Assembly (NCBI GenBank): GCA_963693365.1
Contig: CAVNZM010000007.1
Coordinates: 10,537,962-10,601,961 of the forward strand
Origin: Amoebidium appalachense
Lineage: Eukaryota; Protista; Ichthyosporea
Length of the DNA stretch: 64,000 bases
Direction: 5' to 3'
A program made the position numbers and the translations under genes. Under the pieces are notes generated by a model. The model did not search any database, was not told where the DNA came from, and was given only the letters and a program-made list of their open reading frames with translations. Positions within the stretch are counted from its first letter, which is position 1. Every line of letters begins with the position of its first letter. Below are positions 1-13,331 of the stretch, in pieces.

Positions 1-118
1 CCTCTCCACACAAAAAGAACAAATACCCTCCAGGCTCCCCTCCCCCCCCCCCCCCCCCCCTTTCCTCTCCACACAAAAAGAACAAATACCCTCCAGGCTT
101 CCCCCCCCCCCCCCCCCC
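1..118. repeat. Two tandem copies of a ~63-bp unit ending in poly-C
   Basis: cctctccacacaaaaagaacaaataccctccaggct at 1 and 64, each followed by a C-run. Confidence 0.85.
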
Positions 119-423
119 CTTCCCCCTGGTCTCCTGCTGCACGCATGCACGAAGACACACACACACCCTCCACCGAGGAAGGAAAGGGGGAGGGAGACGA
201 GACCTAGGGAGGAAAGGGGGGGGGGGGGGGGGGGGGGGGGGATGGGGGGACAGGGCGATAATGTCTGTTCTGTGTTCTTTTGTGTGTGCATGCATGTGTT
301 GTGTGTGCATGTGGATCCGTGTGCATGCACGCACACGTGCCTGTGTTTGTTGTTTCGTGTAAACGCGCTTGTCCGTGCCAGGAAAGCTTGGAGAGATGGA
401 CGGGGGAGGGAGGGAGGGGAGGG

Positions 424-460
<37 letters not shown>

Positions 461-469
461 GTTATTTAC

Positions 470-1677
470 TTTTGAGCAGTCGAATTCGTCCTTTCCCAAA
501 TAGCGGTTGACCTCATTGTGCATTCGGCACAGCCACTGTGAAAGATCCCTCTGGGACCCCACGTCGGGGGGGTTCTTGGTCTGGAGTATGAAAATTTTAC
601 TCGGAGATCTCACGAACTTATAAATGCAGGGTGAAAAAATTAATGAAATGTTTCTTGATGAGTGGGGGTGCATGAGACTGCAAGGGAGGTAACGTGGGCT
701 TGCTGAAAGAGAATTCAAGAGAACTCGGCGCCAAAATGAGGGGGTCAATAATTGTGTGTGTGTTAGCGTTCTTTTGCATATTGTTGGGTGACGAGGAAGG
801 AGAGAACGTGTCCAAGGGGGGAAGAGGGGGGGGGGGGGGGGGGGGGGGGGGGAGGGGGGGGGGGGAGGGGATACGAAAATGGGAGGATGTAACATGAAGG
901 GAAGAGAGAATAGAAAAGAAGCATGAGGGAGGGAAAGAAGGCATAGGATATGGGGGGGAGGGGATGGGGGGATCTCAAGGGAATAAAGTGGGTAAGGAAG
1001 GGGAAGGGGGGGGGGGGGGGGGAGGGGGGGGGGGGGGGGGGGGGGATATGCAGCATGGAGAATGGCCCATCTTCACTTTACAAAAATGCACAAATCTTTA
1101 TATAGATCTTGGATGCAAGGGGATAAGCACCTGACATAAAACGAAAACTCACGTGTGTGCCTGTGTGTGTGTGTGTGTGGCGGCGGCGGGAGGAGGAGGA
1201 GGAGGAGGAGGGGGGGGGGGGGGGGGGGGGGGGTGGTAGAATGCGGAATATGGTACGAAGTACAACTACACGATGAGAAAGACTGTACAGGACAAACATT
1301 CAAACATGCAACATCAGCAAGGCGCGCAGCATTCACATTAGCAGAGTCCATCCTCGAAGGAGGTGGGGCGGCAGGGGCCGGGGGGAGGGGGGTTTAAATG
1401 CGGAACACGGTACGAAGTACGCATACACGATGAGAAGCATGGTGCAGGATACATGCAAAGGCAAACATTCAAGTATGCAACATCATCCATGCGCACAGTA
1501 TGCGTCATAAGCAGAGCCCATCCTCAGGGGGGGGGGGGGGGAGGTGGGAGGGGAGGGGGGATCGATACCAGTGATTTCTGGAGATGTGTGGCACAGTCCC
1601 CACATGGATAAAAACGAGAGAGCGCAGAAAAGAACCCCCGCATGGCTTCTTGCTCGGTGCTGCTCGGCTTTTCCGGG

Positions 1678-1716
<39 letters not shown>

Positions 1717-2809
1717 TGCCCACTCTCATGCATTTGTGCAATTAGGGGAGCAGAGGGGTTGGAAAAGTTGTTCACGTAAGTAGATTGGTAAAGCTGTGTG
1801 GTGCTTTGAGATATGCCGGGAATAGTGGGCGGATATCTCATATTCTCTCAGGTGTCAGCCCACCCCCCAACCCTTCAACCCAAGAGCCCCCCGCTCTCTC
1901 TCCCCCCTCACACCATACACACACGCACAGTCTCCCCCCCCCCCCACACACACACGCACAGTCTCCCCCCCCCCCCCCCCCCCCCCCCCCCCGGAAAAAC
2001 ACCACCACTTTTGACAATTAACACCCCCCCCCCCCCCCCCCCCTCCGACCACTCACCCCCTTCTGCCCAACCCTCCCCCCACAACACACACACACACACA
2101 CACAAACACACATACACACCAAAAAACCGTGTCCTATAATTTGACATATCAAAGTATAGAAAACACACACGCACTTGAAGTGTATTAGGAGTAGTTATCG
2201 TCGTGTAGCCACCTTACAAGATATCAAAACAACCCACAGTAAGGTCATGTGCATCGACAGGAAAGGCGGGCCACCGCCCGGGGGGAGGGGGGGGGGGGGA
2301 CAGTGTACTATCGGGTACGAGGTACACACGGGAGAGGGGGGGGGGGGGGGGAGGGGTAACGGACTAGTATGCAGCCATCGTGTGGAGGAGGGTCCAAGAA
2401 TGGCGGCCTATCTCAGCCCGGTCAGGGGGGCACTGCACTTCTACACTCTCGGGGGTGGGGGGGCAGGCGGGGAGGGAGTGGACGGTGGGGGGGCAGGTGT
2501 TGACGGTGGATCCGTGTGTTGTTTGTCCTTGGTGCCTGCATCCTGCAAGTCATGCAAAGCGCAGGGGTAACGGAGGCAGGGGCCGGCCAGGGGAAGGGGG
2601 AGAAGGGGGGGGTGGGGGGGGGGGGGTGGGGGGGCGGGCAGGCGGTGGGGAGAGGGAAGGAGGGGGGTTAAATGGGGTATTATGTCTAGTATAGGCCCAA
2701 TAGTAGCATATACAATCACTGCGACAAAGAAGATGCGACAACCAAAAGGGCAAGTACGCAGTTACACTTCAGTCTCAACCAGCTATGTGTCATCAGGTGT
2801 AGGAAGTCA

Positions 2810-2848
<39 letters not shown>

Positions 2849-3002
2849 TGGATGTGTGCCTGTGAGTGTTTGTGCGTGTGCGTGTGTGTGTGAGTGTGTG
2901 TGTGCATGGATGTGTGTGGGGGGGGGGAAGGGAGGCGAATGGGAAGAGGGGCTGAGGATAACGGGTGAAGAAGAAAGGATGGGTGGGCCGGGGCGGAAGG
3001 GT

Positions 3003-3037
<35 letters not shown>

Positions 3038-3196
3038 ATAACGCACGTATGCTGCACCTGGAAAATGCAGCTTTGCCTTCTGGTCCTTGGCCCATCCTCT
3101 AAAGTCACTACACGCACGGCATGGCTTTTTACCCTCGGGGGCTACCTCGGCCTCCTGCCCTGCTGCTGTGTCGTAGTGGCCCCGTGACCCTCCCAT
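470..3196 (-). CDS. ERV1: ERV1/ALR (GFER) FAD-linked sulfhydryl oxidase; last exon lies left of the window
   Basis: Exons 3196-~3050 ([10 protein letters not shown] shuttle CxxC), ~2542-2365 ([22 protein letters not shown]), 1677-1569 (YPEKP...[11 protein letters not shown] redox CxxC) and 580-470 ([24 protein letters not shown]). Introns are GT-AG. The exon1/2 junction is ambiguous (donor near 3057 or 3046; possible C-run length error). Confidence 0.93.
1240..1530. repeat. Diverged ~130-bp tandem duplication in an ERV1 intron
   Basis: aatgcggaa..ggtacgaagtac..acacgatgagaa..caaacattcaa.atgcaacatca..gcagag.ccatcctc recurs at ~1240-1355 and ~1397-1525. Confidence 0.7.
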
Positions 3197-4690
3197 CGTG
3201 TGTGTGTGCGTGTGTGCGTGTGTGTGTATGTCGTCGGTATATGTGTGCCTAAAAGGATTTGCGCTTTATTTCTCTGTGTGTTAAGGTTTTTGTAGGCAGT
3301 TTGTGGTGGTAGCGGGTGTGTAGCCTCCACTGATGAGTGATGAAGCTTCTTTGAAAGACGTGAACGTGAGTAACTCTCTGCCGTGCGGAACACTTGGATG
3401 TGTAGATGTCTGGTGCCCTGCGGCCATTCGTGTTAATTTCTTGCTACTGTGTGCCATACTACGTACTGTATAGATGTGCTTATGTAAACACACATCCCTG
3501 TTGCCCCATCCCCGCCCCGACCGACCAAAAAATGCCACCACGCACCACCATGGCCAATATATCCCCCACACACAGGTGCTTGCTGATGGAGCTTGCCCAG
3601 ATCCAAGTGCTACAAGCAAGTGTTACACCCCCAGTACAAAGAACGAGCACCTACCTCAAGAGTGACTTTCAAGCCCTCGTTGCTGCTACAACTATTCTGC
3701 AATAGTTCGAATGTTTTACACGTGGCAAGTGCCAAGGTTTTGATTTTCCGGAAAGGCCGAAAAGTGAAAAAGCGATCCGTGCCTGACTTTGCAGTGATTT
3801 GATTGGCGCACTAAAGCCAAGCGCGCCATGATGACGTCAGCTTGGACTGTTTGCGCAACCCCAGTTTATCTGTGATCATCATTCACGACAACCACCACCT
3901 GGGCACACTAACATGCCATTGAATGCCCATGCCACATGTGCTGAGAGCATCATTTCACGTGCAGTGGCCCGATTTACACCATTTACAAGGTTCTCACGTG
4001 CACATATGATGTGCATAAGAAAAATATTTCTTATCCGATGTCGGTGTCGCGACCAGTGGCAAACTTTAGTTGGCTACATGTGACACAATATGCAAGAAGA
4101 GCAACTACATAGCTGCAGCGGGACCACTGAAGCATGGTACAGTGCTAATGGGTACAGAGAGGAGACAAGAAAGCACACAGATGGCTCGATGCACAAACGG
4201 GGCAGTTGCATGTGCAGCTTGAGTATTACTGAGCTCGACGTACGTATATACGTACACATATGCAACGTTCTGCCCGCATCCACCTGCAGGGTTCAACGGC
4301 CCACAAGTGCGCTTGATACCCATTTATTGAAACTTCGCTGCTGGACAGATACAAGAATATGCGATATGCGAATAAATATTCATGTCACTCATGTGCATAC
4401 GTCCGTTTCACACGGCGAGAGAAATGAGAGAAAGTGCATGCGTTTTAGGGGCATTGCGGCTCTGACATCGGATCTTGGAATTATGTAGGATCTAATGCAT
4501 GTGAAAGGGCATTGGCTACCCCATTGAATGGGGCAAACCTGAAGCAAATAGAACCAACCTTAAACTACCTATATATAGTTATGTCATAGTTCCTACATTT
4601 CTATTGGTAATTTTTGATCCAATCATCACGCTCAACTCTCACCCGAACATTCCAGACAATGACACCTGATAAATCACCACAAGAAGCTGG

Positions 4691-4697
4691 TATAAAA
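4691..4697 (+). promoter_or_regulatory. Candidate TATA box of secreted-protein paralogue A
   Basis: TATAAAA about 95 bp upstream of ATG 4789. Confidence 0.45.
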
Positions 4698-4788
4698 GGG
4701 CCACACCCCACCCATAATTCACAATTCTTTCTCCACACACACACACCTAATTCTCACCCTCCCTCTCTCTTTTTCTCTCACCCCCACC

Positions 4789-5207
4789 ATGGCCGTGCCC
4801 TTTTTCTTTTTGTCTGCGCTGCTGGCCGTGGGCACGTCTGCCCCCGTCATGTGGTCGTGGGGAGGGCCCCAGGCGGCGGCGCTGCAACGGGAGGCTGTGG
4901 ACGTGGACATGGCCCTGGCTGAGGCCCAGCAGACCCCCGGCTACGGTGGCGGTGGGTGCCGTGTGTATGGGGGATTCGTGTTTGTGATGTGATAAAGCCC
5001 TTGTCTGTGACTTTTTTCCCGGTGTCGGTGACTGTGGTTGACAATCATTACATGGTCCATGTTGCACACGTGCAGGGAAGTGGCATCTTTTTCTTGCAAG
5101 CAGTAATTTGCTGCCTCCGTGTGATGCCCGCCAGGGAGAGCTTTGCTGACTGATTTTTTGTTTATGCAGCTCCATGGCCAGTAGAAAGTCCAGTCTACGA
5201 AGGTGGA

Positions 5208-5238
<31 letters not shown>

Positions 5239-5449
5239 ACCACCACCACCACCAGCACGGTGACCACAATCCTTCACGACGATGACCACAAATCAGCACT
5301 CGAGTCCACCAGTGGTGGCCATGGCCTTGCCCAAGTTCCAAGTTGTCCTCGCAACATATAGTATAACTGCTATAGTAACTTAATGTAGCTTCCGATTCCC
5401 CCCCCCCCTTTTCAAACTTTCAATTTTTCATTGTCGTCAAATCATCAAA

Positions 5450-5509
<60 letters not shown>

Positions 5510-6801
5510 ACACAATCTTCCTTCTGGTTGGTTACTAATATGGGTTTTTTTCCTCCGGGGGAGGGGGGGGGGGGAGGGGAGGGGACAGGGGAAAGACTGG
5601 GGGGAGGGGGAGGGGGGGGGGGGGGGGGGGGGGCTCCATCTGACAGGCAGTTTGATAAGTTTTACGTAGTATTATGAGATCTGTGCGCGCGCCTAACTAA
5701 AGTTTATGATGATTTAACTGAGGATTATTTGGCATTTTTTAGTGTAAGACTAAGCCTGTTTCCACCCTCACTGCAGGCTCGGAGATTCCCCAAACCTCTA
5801 CCGTCACCCAGTATGCTATTGGTTGGTGCCCGCCCTCCTTCCCCTCCCTTCACACACTCACAGGTGCACGTCCATGAGGCCCCTAGGGTAGGCTGTGCAG
5901 ATGGTGATTACACACATTGCGTATAGTTTTAACACAGCTACAACATGTCTAGTGTCACATACACAGTGACGTGCAATCATAAATCAAATCCCCATTTTTG
6001 TACAAAAATTTTGAGCAGTACTACCGTTGAAGCGCATGCAAACATGAAAACTCGAAGGATCTTTCTAGTAATCTTTCCGTACAGAACAGTGTGTTATTAC
6101 TGATTGTGCATTTTCAGCCACCTCTGTTCCCGGGCAGGCCACCATTGTCGTTGGGCCATCAGTGACCAGCCCCTACCTGCTGATGCCTGGCTCCTCCTCC
6201 ACCGTCCCCCTCAGCATCCGCCCCCTTGGCGAGGAGACACGTATGTACCATCCCCCTTGCTGCATGCACATCATGCTTGCTTCCTTCGCTTTTGATGGTC
6301 GTTTTTTGTGCCTTCGGAATGTCCCAAGATCTTCACTCTCTATTCGAAATTCAGCATCTGCTTTTTCCTTGCATACTTGTGTCTTGCCACACTGGTTTTT
6401 TTTTTTTTTTTCACTTGAAAATACTGCGCTAAATTGCAAAAGAGGTAATTTGAAGACTTCCGTACAGACAACATTAACATTCCGTTGTCACTCCGTTTTT
6501 TTTTTTTTTTTTTTTTTTTTTTTGGGGGGGGGGGGGGGGGGAGGAGAGAGGGGGGGGAGGGGGGGGGGGGGGGGGGCTCATTGGAAAGATGAAACTCACC
6601 ACAGCCCCACCACCCACAGAGGCACCCATGTCGTCCGCCAGCCCCTCCCCTGCCAGTGCCAGCCCTGCGGGTGCATCCACTTCCATGCCTAACCCCTCTC
6701 AGGCCCCCACATACACCAGCCCCAAACACAGCCCCACCGTAGCCACCATCACGGCTACCGGCACAGTCCAGGCCACGGCAACGGCTACTATTGGTGCTTA
6801 G
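4789..6801 (+). CDS. Unknown secreted Thr/Pro/Ser-rich protein, paralogue A (~175 aa)
   Basis: Exons 4789-4951, 5777-5821, 6118-6240 and 6605-6801 join in frame via phase-1 GT-AG introns. Signal-peptide-like start MAVPFFFLSALLAVGTSA; C-terminus TVATITATGTVQATATATIGA*. Every exon has a homologue in the - strand copy at 35.1-38.3 kb. Confidence 0.78.
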
Positions 6802-7483
6802 CAGCCAATGAGAATGGGCCGTAGGCACGTGCGGTATGCACCATATATGTACCGGCATGTACTTTGAATGCAATGACTTAAAGATCGCTGCTAGTACTTC
6901 AGGCCACCCGATTTTACATTTATTTTTAGGTTACTGTCACATGAAACCCTCTCATCTATGATATGGGGGGTAGGGTAAGCCCGCTCTGGTATGCGATGAG
7001 TGAATGCAGACAAAGGCATTGGGCCAACCGGTACCGTGTACCTTGACCGAAAAGGTGGTCCCAGCCAATTTTGATTAATGTTGCCATTGTGTCAGTTTGT
7101 CATATTATCACTACCCCCCCCCCCCCCCCCCCCCCCCCCCACCCACCCACCCACCCCACCCCCCGTCCCCCCCTCCCCCTCCCCCACCCAACCACCCTCC
7201 CCCTCCCGTCCCACCCACCCACCCACACAAAAATCACCCCATCAAAGAAAAAAAACAAAAAGAAAAACCGTCCCGGGTCCTTCAACAACAGCACAATCAC
7301 TTACACACATATTTCCGATATACCGCTTCCCTGTTAGCTCTCTCCCGCCCGCCACACCGTCGCACAACATGCCTCTCATTCCCTCCATTCTAGTGAGTTA
7401 CGAGCCCTCCCCTGTGCTATTTCCCTTCCCCTCCTGCTTTCTCATAGGCCTCCATTCCGAAGGAAGTGGACATCAGTCCCTCC

Positions 7484-7525
<42 letters not shown>

Positions 7526-7583
7526 CCTCCCTCCCTCCCTTACAGACAAACACACACACACAAACACAAAGTAAACACAAAAC

Positions 7584-7625
<42 letters not shown>

Positions 7626-7661
7626 AGAAGAAGAAGAAGAAGAAGAATCCAGGAATGAAAT

Positions 7662-7934
7662 CTTTTTTTTCTTTTGACTCGGGTTTATTGATCCGTTGAT
7701 GAAGGCAACGTGCAGCCACAGGCTACATAACCCACCAATAGAACTGAAAAAGCCAAAGCGACGAAATAAAAATAAAGCGACAAGTGACAAAGGACACCAG
7801 CGGGCAAAACCTTAAGTGTACGTGTATGCGTGAAACTAGTGTGTTCCAACTAGTCATATGCATCGATGTTGACCAGACCACACTCCGCAAGAAGACATCA
7901 TGACTGCGGCTTCCCAACAGGGCCCCCTCAAAAC
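7662..7934 (+). repeat. ~270-bp dispersed repeat, copy 1 (probable TE fragment)
   Basis: Near-identical direct copy at 31392-31664. Confidence 0.9.
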
Positions 7935-8142
7935 ATATATGGGCAACTGTCACCTTATCCCACCTTTGACATTCAACACAATGATTTTAGGAGAGTGTCG
8001 CTTTTGAAAACTTTGCAATTGTGTTATTATGGTACACACTTTAATAGTCATCCAGAGTTGGTTTCTTTTCGCTCGGACTCCGACGGCCCGTCCTTTCGGA
8101 TTCCTTCTTATCTTCTGCTCTTCGGTGCCGAAACCCCCCCTT

Positions 8143-8179
<37 letters not shown>

Positions 8180-8329
8180 TTCCCCCCTTCCTCCAAACGC
8201 CCCCTTTCCCCACCTTTTTCAACTAATGGTGGCGATCAGAGAAAGAAGAACAGGTAAGGTTTTCTCTTCTCTCTACAGTAGACTTCTATGCCCCAAACAC
8301 GTGTTCCAGCACGCACAAACGTGTCCGCC

Positions 8330-8850
<521 letters not shown>

Positions 8851-9374
8851 CACACGAATAAAGAACCGCCCATTGGCGCACAACTTGAGAACCGCTGGTG
8901 AATCGTCAATCGTGATGCTGGGTCAACCAATCAGATGCGATCAACAAACATCTGATTGGTAGACTTAAAATGTTTGCGCAACGCTTAACGCTTTTCGCTC
9001 CTGCACCAATCAGCGCAATCTGAATTTTGGAATACGAGTCCCCGACTCAGCTGAACTTCTTGTCACAGACTCACAGTACACACCTACTGTGTGCTTTGAT
9101 GCCACAAGGCTTGTGCTCATTGGGGCTGCTGCCACACAGCAGGTACCAATAGGCCGTAAGAAGAGAGCTACTGCGACCAGGGCTACTGTTAGCACGACCG
9201 CGGCACACACATTCCATTATCACCGGTTTGTTGTGACTAGCTAATGTTAGGATCGCAATTAGGACAATTTATCGTGTTCGAATTTGAGTAAGCCTTAGCC
9301 TTTCCACCACCCTGCACCCAGACAGGTCCGACCGACCATACCGCACACGCGCACCCACTATACACTAGCACACC

Positions 9375-9953
9375 ATGTGGTACCAGGGGTCTTTTGTTGT
9401 GGCCGTGGCGCTAGCTACGGGGCTGTATGTGTTGGGCCGTGAAAGGAGCAGTGCAGCCAAGAATGTTGCGTTTGTGTCTTTCCAAAGAAACTACCTGCTG
9501 GTCTACTTGCTGGCTATGTTTGCCGACTGGTTGCAGGTATGAACTCAGTCCCTCAGTGTCTGTTGTGTGCATGGACAGTGACACATACATACATACACGG
9601 ACACCTTCACACGCACACAAATACACACACCATGCACACTAGTACTGGCACAGACTCACAGATGGTACTACAAAGCAAATCACGCATGGCCACTCTCTCT
9701 ATCACACACATTCATACGGCTGAAACCATGATAAGGCGCCACGGGTACTCCTTTGAAATGAATGAAAACCGGTTCCCTACTCGACGAACATCCCCAAAGA
9801 CACACACACAGTAATGGCAGTATGTACAAACATGAATGGGCACACTTCCAGTTTCGCAGCAACAACTTGAAATGTACACTCCGCTGTGGCAAGCACTCAT
9901 TCATACACTTTGGTATACACTGTGACCACACATGCATGCACACACACACACAC

Positions 9954-10018
<65 letters not shown>

Positions 10019-10074
10019 TACACACACACACACATGCCACACACGCACACACAACACACACACTGTGTCACACA

Positions 10075-10150
<76 letters not shown>

Positions 10151-10252
10151 CATTCACACGCTTTTAGGCAAACGCACACAAACACACACAAACACACACA
10201 TGCACACACTCTGTGACACACACACACACACACACACACTCACTCACTCACT

Positions 10253-10340
<88 letters not shown>

Positions 10341-10429
10341 TACACACACATGCCACACACGCACACACAACACATGCACACATGCACACACACAAACACA
10401 CACATGCGCACACATGCACACACTCTGAG

Positions 10430-10501
<72 letters not shown>

Positions 10502-10536
10502 ATACACACACGCACACACAAAACACACACACACAG

Positions 10537-10624
<88 letters not shown>

Positions 10625-10675
10625 TCACACACTTTTAGGCACACGCACACAGACACACATACACGCACAAACACA

Positions 10676-10714
<39 letters not shown>

Positions 10715-10861
10715 CTTGACACACACACACACACATGCATACACACAAACACACACAAACACACACATGCACACACTCTAAGGCACACACACACACGCAC
10801 AAACACACACAAACACACACATGCACACACTCTAAGACACACACACACAAACACACAAACA

Positions 10862-10897
<36 letters not shown>

Positions 10898-13331
10898 ATA
10901 GTATACACCGTCTCGCACAAGGTGTAGTCACAAACACCCGCAGGTCTTGCATTCGATTTTGTAGCTGCTACTTTAACAGCTGAGACAGAACGGTGTGTGT
11001 AGATACACAATGTTACGTGGACACACACACACACATATACAGGCACACACACACACAGGTTAATAACCTAACACACCTTTGCCTCGAGTAAACATCGTAA
11101 ACCCCCCACACACATAATCACACGCACCCGTGACGCACGCACGTTGGCTACAGGCGCATGTAATGCAGCATCCGCACTCATGAATGCATAGAACCACACC
11201 CGCTTGCACGTGAACACATACACTCCCACACATACCTTGACACACACAGACACATAGTATTACGCGGAAGGAAGAAGGAACAAAACAATGCAAGATGTTT
11301 AGGGGGAAAAAACTGCTGCTTGCCCCTAGGTCCTTGTTGTTCTTTCTTCCACTTATATGCCTTTTCGATACCCGTCTCCTCCCCCTTCCACCGTCTTTTA
11401 TGTCTGGGGAAGGGGGGCGAAGAAGAAGCGGCGGCAGGGGGGGGGGGGGGGGGAGAATGCGAGGGGAAAGGCATGGAAGGAGGAAGATCATGTGTCTGCG
11501 GAATGGGTTAACAATTAACAAGGGGGATATCGGTGCTTGTGTTCGTCACAAGTATGGTGCCCTCAGGGTGGGGGGGGGAGGGGGGGGGAAGGAGGTGGGG
11601 GGGATGGCGGTGGTGGTGGTGGTGGGTGGGTGGGTGGTGGTGGTGGGTGGGGGAGCAAAGCAATAAGTATAATGGTGATGATGTGACGGTGACTATGGGC
11701 AAAGACGAGAGTTGTGGGCAAATGGGATGGCTTGGGTAGGGTTGCCCCCAGGGAGGGAGGGGAGGGGAGGTGGGGGAGGATATTCAAGGGAAGATGGTTT
11801 TTTTTTTTCCTTTCTTTCTTTTTTTTTTTTTTTTTTTTTTGGGGGGGGGGGGGGGAAACACTAATAGTTATCAACGTCCTTTCGCTCACCCCCTCCCCCT
11901 CCATCCCTCCTCCCTCTCCCCTCCCCCCCCCCCCCCCCCCCCCTTGCCCCCCACTCCCCCCTCCCTTAGTTGTGGAAGGGGTAGGAAGGGGGAGGGAGAA
12001 TGGGAGAGGGGAAGAGTTGGGGGGGGGGGGGGGGAGGGGGGAGAGGGCAGGAGGAGGGGGGAAAGGAGAATGTTAACTATTAGTGCAAATTATTGGGAGG
12101 TCCAAACACATGTGATATCAAAACTAACAAGTCCCCCCCCCCCCCCCCCCCCCCTCTCCCCCCCCCCCCCCCCCCCCCTTTCACCCCCAGGACCCCTACA
12201 TTTACAAGCTGTATGTGGACTATGGCTATCCCAGAGAGGCCATTGCCCAACTCTTTGTGGGTGGATTCCTCTGTCGGTGCATTGGCTGACAAGTACGGTC
12301 CAAGGCGAATGTGCCTGCTGTATGCAGTGGGGTACATTGTTGCTGCGTGCACTAAGTTGATCAACCACTATTGGGTGTTGATGTTTGGGAGGATAATCCA
12401 GCGGCATAGCAACATCGATTCTATTTTCGGCGTTTGAGTCGTGGATGGTGTGTGAGCACAACAGGCGAGGGTTCGAACCCGAGCTACTCGGAGACACGTT
12501 CAGTCTCGACACTCGGTAATGGCTTGGTGGCTGTTTTGGCCGGACTGGTTGCTGAGGTCGTAGCAGCACACGTGGGCAGTGTGGGCCCGTTTCTTACCTC
12601 CATTCTGCCCCTATCAATCCTGCTCGTTATTGTGTGGAAACATTGGCCCGAGAGTTACGGTGACAGCCATGCACCGGCAGGGGAGGCACTGAAACAGGTG
12701 TGGGACACGGTGGTGGGGAGTGGACCGGTTCTGAGTTTGGGCGCGGCACAGGCGTGCTTCGAGGGTGCCGTGTACACGTATGTGTTTATGTGGACCCCGA
12801 CACTCGACCCTACTATCGATGATGGAAAGGAGGGTTCCTTGCCTCTCGGTGTAATTTTCGCCGTGATTATGGTGTGTATGATGGCGGGGTCGTTTGTGTT
12901 CAAGTTGATGACCAGGCGGGGTACTCTCGAACAAGTGTCTGTGGCTATACACGTGAATGCTGTGGTTGCTATGGCAACAGTAGTTAGTGCCGTGCAGGGG
13001 GGCAACACCTATTCCTTCCTTGGGCTTCTAGATCGCGAGGGAACAATCTACATTGCATTCCTCGCATTCCAGTTTACCACAAGAATGTTCTTCCCTGCAT
13101 ATGGAACCATTCGGTCGTCGGTTGTTTCCCGAGAAAATCCGCGCGGCGGTTATGAACATTTTCCGGATCCCCCTTAACGGGTTTGTGGTGCTGCTGCTCC
13201 TTAAGGTGAAATACTTCCCCACGGCTACCATATTTGGCATTTGCACCATTGCGAACATGGTGGCTTTAGTACTTTACTTACGATTTGTTACCCTGCCAAC
13301 ACCAAAGGGGTATCAGGTGACTAGCACATAG
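9375..13331 (+). pseudogene. MFSD5: MFSD5/MOT2-type (molybdate-anion, DUF791) MFS transporter, frameshifted
   Basis: Exon 9375-9536 (FQRNYLLVYLLAMFADWLQ), 2.65-kb intron, exon 12191-13331 with PYIYKLY, GALADKYG, GIATSILFSAFESWMVCEH, FEGAVYTYVFMWTP and RAAVMNIFRIPLN. These motifs fall in different frames, with breaks near 12270, 12397, 12507 and 13130. Confidence 0.82.
9935..10900. repeat. ~1-kb compound (CA)n tract in the MFSD5 intron
   Basis: Direct reading. Confidence 0.95.

Noticed and set aside
5170-5391. Possible extra exon of paralogue A (APWPVESPVYEGG...)
   Set aside because: Crosses a C-run, ends in a stop and has no counterpart in paralogue B; exon 1 joins 5777 in phase without it. 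An alternative terminal exon is not excluded.
9010-9210. Signal-peptide-like minus-strand ORF upstream of MFSD5
   Set aside because: No in-frame ATG and no recognisable downstream exons
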